Shown here in pieces: positions 33,889-38,741 of a stretch of 38,741 nt of DNA. The first letter of the stretch is position 1. Every line of letters starts with the position of its first letter. The notes under the pieces were generated by a model. That model was not told the origin of the DNA. It was given only the letters and a program-made list of their open reading frames with translations, and did not search any database. Source of the stretch: an uncultured Eubacteriales bacterium (lineage in GTDB: Bacteria; Bacillota; Clostridia; Oscillospirales; CAG-272); contig USGH01000002.1 in the NCBI GenBank assembly GCA_900554225.1, forward strand, positions 1 through 38,741, read 5' to 3'. The position numbers and the translations under genes are program-made.

Positions 33889-34746
33889 TTATCCCTCACC
33901 CAGCACAATCCACTTGTCGTCAATAACATCGTACACATATACCTGAGTATCCGAAACGCCATATAGTATTTCCTGTACGAAAGAATCTTCATTGTTGGTT
34001 CCAAGTGCGAAAATAAGACATTCGTCTCCGTCTATCTCTTCCTTGTCGCCCGTATACATCAGTGACATACCTGACTTTATATAGTTCTTTACTTCGTCGG
34101 TTTGGAGCAGCAACTCACGAGCTATCAGCACATCGTCATTTTCATATGAGTAATCCTGATATAAAGTGAGATCCAAACAGCCATCCGTGTCGGCGATGTG
34201 ACCATCCTTCAATGATATTACCGGACGGTAATCGTAGCTTTTTCCGTCCTTTTCGAGTCTAACCAACGTATCCGGGAAGATCTCGCTGACATTGCAGCGC
34301 AGAATAATGGACTCGTTTGCCTTTGTCTCGTATACCGGCATGTCGGTATGATCGTCATATTCGGCGTTCTCGCTCATGGTTACCGAATATACCGTCATAG
34401 ACCATCCCTCCGCAGGCACAAGCGCGTATATCTCCTGCCCTCCGCAGTCTACGATATCAACGGATTCCTGAATGAAGGGATACTCACTTTCTAAAGAACT
34501 CTTCAACAGATTATTGATATCATCTTTAGAAGCGTCATATTCGACATAACCGAGAAAAACCGTGCCGATAATACATTCCTCGTCTTTTAGAAGCTTTTGT
34601 ATTGAAGATAAATTCTTTTTTTCATCAACCGAACTTGTTTCACTGCCTGATTTTGTTTCTGCGACAGCATCCTTGTGTGTGTCTTTACAGCCGCAAAGCA
34701 ACATTGCAAGAAGCAGACAAATAAATAATGTTCGCATTCTTTTCAT
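33889..34746 (-). CDS. Lipoprotein (285 aa), unknown function, low-GC
   Basis: I place the start at ATG 34746 (MKRMRTLFICLLLAMLLCGC lipobox). SD AGGAGTG overlaps the upstream stop. Confidence 0.8.
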   Translation of the reverse strand: MKRMRTLFICLLLAMLLCGCKDTHKDAVAETKSGSETSSVDEKKNLSSIQKLLKDEECIIGTVFLGYVEYDASKDDINNLLKSSLESEYPFIQESVDIVDCGGQEIYALVPAEGWSMTVYSVTMSENAEYDDHTDMPVYETKANESIILRCNVSEIFPDTLVRLEKDGKSYDYRPVISLKDGHIADTDGCLDLTLYQDYSYENDDVLIARELLLQTDEVKNYIKSGMSLMYTGDKEEIDGDECLIFALGTNNEDSFVQEILYGVSDTQVYVYDVIDDKWIVLGEG

Positions 34747-34750
34747 AACA

Positions 34751-35146
34751 TCACTCCTGATTTTCAAGACTTGTTATCACTGCGGCAAGGAAATTTTCAC
34801 TTACCGATGTAAATAGTATTGAGTCTGCGTATCCGGATTGTTTTGCTTTGACTATCTGCTCGGCGAGCTTTTTGTCTGCATCACCGTCAGTCATGAATAT
34901 TATTTTGCATTCCGGATTGTTTTTCCTTATTTTGTTTGAAAGCTCAAGCCTATCATTAAGCATCCAAGGAGAATATCCGGTTACTTCCATTATCACAACT
35001 CGTGGCTTGTGTATCTCACAGATATCTTTTGTCAGATTTGGAGTTTTCGATATGATGATCTGATGATTATCAAGTTCCTGGAGCATGGCGCGTTCAAGCA
35101 GTCTTGCATATAACACACTCTGCATATCTAAAACAATCACTGTCAT
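34751..35146 (-). CDS. Stand-alone degenerate receiver (REC-like) domain protein
   Basis: It aligns by eye to CheY. VIVLDMQS corresponds to VVDDFS, VVIMEVTG to FVISDWNM (the phospho-Asp position is Glu), KIIFMTDG to PVLMVTAE (Thr conserved), and SILFTS to YVVKPF (Lys lost). The probable start is ATG 35146. Confidence 0.65.
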   Translation of the reverse strand: MTVIVLDMQSVLYARLLERAMLQELDNHQIIISKTPNLTKDICEIHKPRVVIMEVTGYSPWMLNDRLELSNKIRKNNPECKIIFMTDGDADKKLAEQIVKAKQSGYADSILFTSVSENFLAAVITSLENQE

Positions 35147-35210
35147 TAAAATTTTCACCACCTTTTTCAGTATACGGAAAATGACAGATTCACATACCGT
35201 ATATTGTTTT

Positions 35211-37940
35211 TTACATTGAGTAGCTTACGCAGAACCGTGTTAGAGCAGTTGCAATCATGTGTCTTAGCGCTTTGTCAACCGGAGCGAGCATTCCTTCGAC
35301 TTCTTCTATTATTCCTTTCGAGTAAGCCCACGTCATGGCGTCAAGTGCCCATGAATCAATCTTAGAAGCGTCAGATTGCAGAAGCTTGCCGTATGCAGGG
35401 ACGATTATATTGCGGCTCTTTGCATATCTGTAGAGGAAAACTGCCAGCTGCTCACGCGTGATAGGATCGTCAGGTCCGAAGCGACCGTCTCCGTATCCGT
35501 TAGTGATGCCGTACTTCACAGCCCACGCAACTGCGTCAGAATACCACTGGTTTGCGGGAACGTCATTGAATTCACTTGCAGCCGCTGTTGCAGGAGAACC
35601 TTCAAGTCTGTAGAGAACAGTAACTATAGCAGCTCTTGTGAGATTGCCTTTTGGGTCAAATGAATCTGCGCTGACGCCGTTCATCAATAGAGGGTCGTGA
35701 TTGTTGGCATACCAGACGCTGCCGTAATAAGGATCTCCGGGAATTACATCCTTGAATGGAAGCGCTTTATTTTTCGGAAGAAGCAGACAGGAGAACACAA
35801 GTGAATGCTCGTCTCCGTTGTCGTTCGCTACACATTTATAGTAGAACGTTCTGTACATATTTTCATCCTTTATACCGGATATCGTAAGTGATTTACCGTT
35901 AGCAAGGATTGTGTCTTTGTTGATTTTGCCGTCCTTATTGCATTCATACCATTTGAGACTGACGTTCGGAGAAAAGTTCTTTGTGTTTACTTTGAAGCTG
36001 AATTTTTCCTTTGAACTGTATACAATGACATGCTGATTGGTTTTTTCATCATATTTCAGCTTGCCGCTTCCACCCGATGTGCTTCCACCCGATGTGCTTC
36101 CGCCTGAGGTGCTTCCGCCCGAGGTGCTTCCGCCCGAGGTACTTCCGCCTGAGTTTTTCTCGGTTACTTTAACAATGACAGAATCGGGGATTGTCGTTAG
36201 TTTGCTCTTCTCACCCATGAGTTCGCACGAAACCTCGCAGTAATAGTAAGTCGTTCCGGCTTTATCGGTTGGAATATTGAGTGTCAGAGACTTTGCACCG
36301 CTCACCGGGACTCCTGAGCCGTAAGCGGAGGAGGTAGACTTATACCACTGTATCTTGAGGTTGGTGACGAGTGTGTTGTCTATGTTGGTCATGGCGGTGA
36401 CAGTCGCCTTGTCGCCTACCTCGAGGTTGAAGTTTGTCTTGGAGTAGGTTACCTCGAGATCAAAGTACTTTTCCTCGGTTTTTCCATCGGTCTCTTCCTC
36501 GGTCTGTCCCTCGATATCCTCGGGAGTGAAGGTCGCGGTGATGTATTTCTTTGTCTCGAACTTCGGCTTTCCGCCGGTGGTTTCGCCCTCAATTACGAGA
36601 ACTGCTTCCTTTGACTCTATGCTGAAGCTGTAGTTCGTCTCAATGTCGTCAGTCCAGACATATTCAGGCTCCAGCTCTATGGGGATCTTTACAGTGTAGG
36701 TCGTACCCGACTTGAAGGTCTTGTCTGCCGGAGTCCAGATGGGATCTCCGTAGATTATTCCGTTGTCGTCGCTGTGGATATAATCTCTGTCAGGAATTCT
36801 CGCTCCGACCTCGAGCATAGCGTCGCCGGTGAAGTAGACAGAGCCGCTGTTTATATAAGCCTGCTCACTGAAGACATCGACAGTTACCGGGAAGACATAG
36901 AGATATTCGTCAGTTCCCATCGAGGAGGTGCGGATCCTGTACTCGCTCGTCTGTCCGTTCCAGACAGCGTAGCTGTCGTCAGCAAAGGTGTAGCCCTCGG
37001 AAAGCTTTACCAGTACCCCGACGCTGATGTTATCGCCCTTGGATACTTCGTTGATTTCCTTTCGGAACATCTCGTACCGGACTTTCGTAACCGTTCCTAC
37101 CGATGCGGTTGCCGTGCGGTCGAGGGGAGTTCCGTGAGTCGGGACGTCAAGGTCGGTGATGTTGATTTCCTTCACCTCGCCGCCGATTGTCACCGGGAAG
37201 GAGAAGAACAGCGTGTTGCCCTTCTTGTACGTAAACACACTCGCGTCGACCTTCTTGCCGTTGACGGTCACATTGCTGAGCGCAGGCGACCAGTAAGGCT
37301 CACCGTCATTCACCCAGCCGAAGTAGTAGGGATAGGTGGGTTCGAGCTCTACTTTGATTTCAGCCTCGACACCGGCATAGTAATCCGGGATGACCTCGTC
37401 GTGGTGAGTTCCGGCAGCGGTGATTTCGAACCACGCTCTGAGGAACCATGCGCCGTCACCATTGGATTCCACCTTGAGTTTCGGGAAGGGCTTTCCGGCG
37501 ACAAATGGCTCATCGTATGTGACCTTGATATCGCCGCTGAACGCACTCTTTTCCTCGACGGTGATGGTATAAGAATCGGAAGAACTGTTACTGCCGTTGA
37601 AATTACCGTCTGAAGTGCCGTCATAAAACTGCCAGTGGTGGTACATCTTCAGCTCTCCGGTTTTTATATACTCCACGGTATCGTTGGAGTATATGATAGA
37701 GTGTTCTGTGATGGTTTTTCCGTTGACCAGCACCATCGAGGGGTCGCTGAATCTATAGGAGTTGTACGCCGAATCGTAATCATTCGCCGCAGTGACCCTC
37801 GGAAGAGAGTACTTGACGCCGATATACTTGGTCTCCGTATAGTCGGTTGCCGACGTCATGACGCTGAGAGCACCTATGATGACCGCAGTCATTGCGGCGA
37901 TGACGAGCAGTCTTACGATTTTGCCTGCGTTCTTTTTCAT
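35211..37940 (-). CDS. Secreted cell-surface protein with Ig-like repeats, a (GGSTS)n linker and C-terminal SLH domains
   Basis: Signal peptide MKKNAGKIVRLLVIAAMTAVIIGALSVMTSA. C-terminal FKDVIPGDPYYGSVWYA...LTRAAIVTVLYRL, FNDVPANQWYSDAVAWAVKYGITNGYGDGRFGPDDPITREQLAVFLYRYA and DSWALDAMTWAYSKGII are three SLH motifs. Confidence 0.9.
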   Translation of the reverse strand: MKKNAGKIVRLLVIAAMTAVIIGALSVMTSATDYTETKYIGVKYSLPRVTAANDYDSAYNSYRFSDPSMVLVNGKTITEHSIIYSNDTVEYIKTGELKMYHHWQFYDGTSDGNFNGSNSSSDSYTITVEEKSAFSGDIKVTYDEPFVAGKPFPKLKVESNGDGAWFLRAWFEITAAGTHHDEVIPDYYAGVEAEIKVELEPTYPYYFGWVNDGEPYWSPALSNVTVNGKKVDASVFTYKKGNTLFFSFPVTIGGEVKEINITDLDVPTHGTPLDRTATASVGTVTKVRYEMFRKEINEVSKGDNISVGVLVKLSEGYTFADDSYAVWNGQTSEYRIRTSSMGTDEYLYVFPVTVDVFSEQAYINSGSVYFTGDAMLEVGARIPDRDYIHSDDNGIIYGDPIWTPADKTFKSGTTYTVKIPIELEPEYVWTDDIETNYSFSIESKEAVLVIEGETTGGKPKFETKKYITATFTPEDIEGQTEEETDGKTEEKYFDLEVTYSKTNFNLEVGDKATVTAMTNIDNTLVTNLKIQWYKSTSSAYGSGVPVSGAKSLTLNIPTDKAGTTYYYCEVSCELMGEKSKLTTIPDSVIVKVTEKNSGGSTSGGSTSGGSTSGGSTSGGSTSGGSGKLKYDEKTNQHVIVYSSKEKFSFKVNTKNFSPNVSLKWYECNKDGKINKDTILANGKSLTISGIKDENMYRTFYYKCVANDNGDEHSLVFSCLLLPKNKALPFKDVIPGDPYYGSVWYANNHDPLLMNGVSADSFDPKGNLTRAAIVTVLYRLEGSPATAAASEFNDVPANQWYSDAVAWAVKYGITNGYGDGRFGPDDPITREQLAVFLYRYAKSRNIIVPAYGKLLQSDASKIDSWALDAMTWAYSKGIIEEVEGMLAPVDKALRHMIATALTRFCVSYSM
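36066..36155 (-). repeat. Six tandem 15-bp units encoding (GGSTS)5-GGS
   Basis: The units are gcttccacccgatgt x2, gcttccgcctgaggt, gcttccgcccgaggt x2 and acttccgcctgagtt. Confidence 0.9.
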
Positions 37941-38015
37941 TTTGCGTTTCTCCTTTGTAGTAATGGATTTTGCTCGCTTAACATTCAGGAGACGTACCCA
38001 TCATCCTATGATACT

Positions 38016-38044
38016 ATTATAATGCATATTTTGGCTCTTGTCAC
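38016..38044 (-). promoter_or_regulatory. Promoter for the SLH-protein gene
   Basis: On the minus strand: GTGACA (38044-38039), 17-nt spacer, TATAAT (38021-38016). Confidence 0.55.
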
Positions 38045-38070
38045 TATCACAAGTGTCAGTTGTTTCGGTA

Positions 38071-38125
38071 AAAACAAAAAAATCCCCCGGAGCCCATGGA
38101 AAAGCGTTTCCAAAGGCTCCGGGGG
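38071..38125 (-). terminator. Rho-independent terminator after the 100-aa ORF
   Basis: CCCCCGGAGCC-(20 nt, itself GGAAA/TTTCC paired)-GGCTCCGGGGG. On the minus strand it is followed by ATTTTTTTGTTTT. Confidence 0.85.
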
Positions 38126-38137
38126 TAAAGCAGTTCT

Positions 38138-38440
38138 TTATCTGCTGACGATACTTCTGTAGCTGGCGCGGACAAGTTTTAAGAGCAGACGGTCGATCCC
38201 GCCGCAGCTTCGGTCTGCCGCCAGATAGTCGTTCCGCATCCCGTTTAAGCACAGCGTGGCGTACTGGTACTCCTCATCGTTCAGGTACAGTTTGTGCTTT
38301 GGCATACGGAGGACTCTATCAAGAAACGGCTGCAGCTGGCCGGATAGCTCCGGCCCTGCTTCTTCCTGTGCGCTGCGCAGCGCCGTGGCCAGGATGTTTT
38401 GGTCCCCGCCGGTCATCTTCACCATCCGCTGCTTTGTCAT
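38138..38440 (-). CDS. Hypothetical small protein (100 aa)
   Basis: The ORF has a terminator immediately downstream. SD AGGATGGGG precedes the ATG. No motif recognised. Confidence 0.6.
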   Translation of the reverse strand: MTKQRMVKMTGGDQNILATALRSAQEEAGPELSGQLQPFLDRVLRMPKHKLYLNDEEYQYATLCLNGMRNDYLAADRSCGGIDRLLLKLVRASYRSIVSR

Positions 38441-38537
38441 GGCGACCCCATCCTTTCTCTGTTGTCATTCACACCATACCACAACGGATGGCGGAAAGCT
38501 ACCGGACAAAAGAAAACAAACGGAAAACGATCAGCCC

Positions 38538-38741
38538 TCATCGTTCCGGCTCTTTCTCCGCCTTGGATTTGGCAGCCTTGGCGGGCTTGGGCGCTGCGAC
38601 GGAGAATTCATCCGGCTGGATGGCCTGCTCCAAATCCCGGAAGCTTCTCTGGACGTCCCGGTTAATCGAATAGGCCGCCCGTTTAACGTCGCCTATAAAG
38701 CCGCGCTTTTCTTCCGGCGTCAGCTGGGCGCAGCTGTGACA
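38538..38741 (-). CDS. Hypothetical protein, C-terminal 67 aa (gene runs off the right edge)
   Basis: The frame is open from the window edge: ...CHSCAQLTPEEKRGFIGDVKRAAYSINRDVQRSFRDLEQAIQPDEFSVAAPKPAKAAKSKAEKEPER-stop (TGA at 38540-38538). Confidence 0.55.
   Translation of the reverse strand, partial: CHSCAQLTPEEKRGFIGDVKRAAYSINRDVQRSFRDLEQAIQPDEFSVAAPKPAKAAKSKAEKEPER

Noticed and set aside
1-38741. Search for transposases, integrases, IS inverted repeats, prophage genes and rRNA
   Set aside because: None of the translated ORFs shows DDE, tyrosine or serine recombinase, or phage structural motifs that I can recognise. The low-GC blocks (about 4490-9925, 19750-21870 and 33840-35200) therefore lack an identifiable mobility gene in this window.

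Overview
The window looks like a chromosome segment from a high-GC Gram-positive, Clostridia-like organism. This is inferred from AGGAGG-type ribosome-binding sites (SD), TTGACA/TATAAT promoters, lipoboxes and SLH domains. GC content was judged by eye only.

Gene content from left to right:
- a partial IscU/NifU-like gene
- an XRE-HTH regulator with a helical C-terminal domain
- tRNA-Pro(CGG) with a consensus promoter and a terminator
- an orphan Na+-decarboxylase beta subunit plus a small membrane subunit
- a very large secreted GH20-type glycosidase, split by a single in-frame TAA and carrying an abrupt internal GC drop
- a compact radical-SAM RiPP cassette: a 61-aa precursor, an HPr-kinase-like P-loop protein, an rSAM/SPASM maturase and a PqqD protein
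- a sugar-type module: a TIM-barrel-like protein, a Gfo/Idh/MocA oxidoreductase, an AraC regulator with an in-frame TAA, and an orphan solute-binding lipoprotein
- an unexplained array of about 200 bp made of 13-14 nt GAC-initiated units
- a GMP synthase that lacks the GATase domain
- a low-GC type II restriction-modification islet: an SPPY methyltransferase and a NotI-like endonuclease
- a roughly 13 kb, 15-gene minus-strand operon, tightly coupled for much of its length, containing an SPFH protein, a TPM protein, many zinc-ribbon membrane proteins, four lipoproteins and a degenerate receiver domain
- an SLH-anchored surface protein and two small or partial ORFs

The two best candidates for an undescribed system are the RiPP cassette (9734-12447) and the PspA-less SPFH/TPM/zinc-ribbon operon (21973-35146). 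I saw no rRNA, CRISPR array, transposase or integrase.
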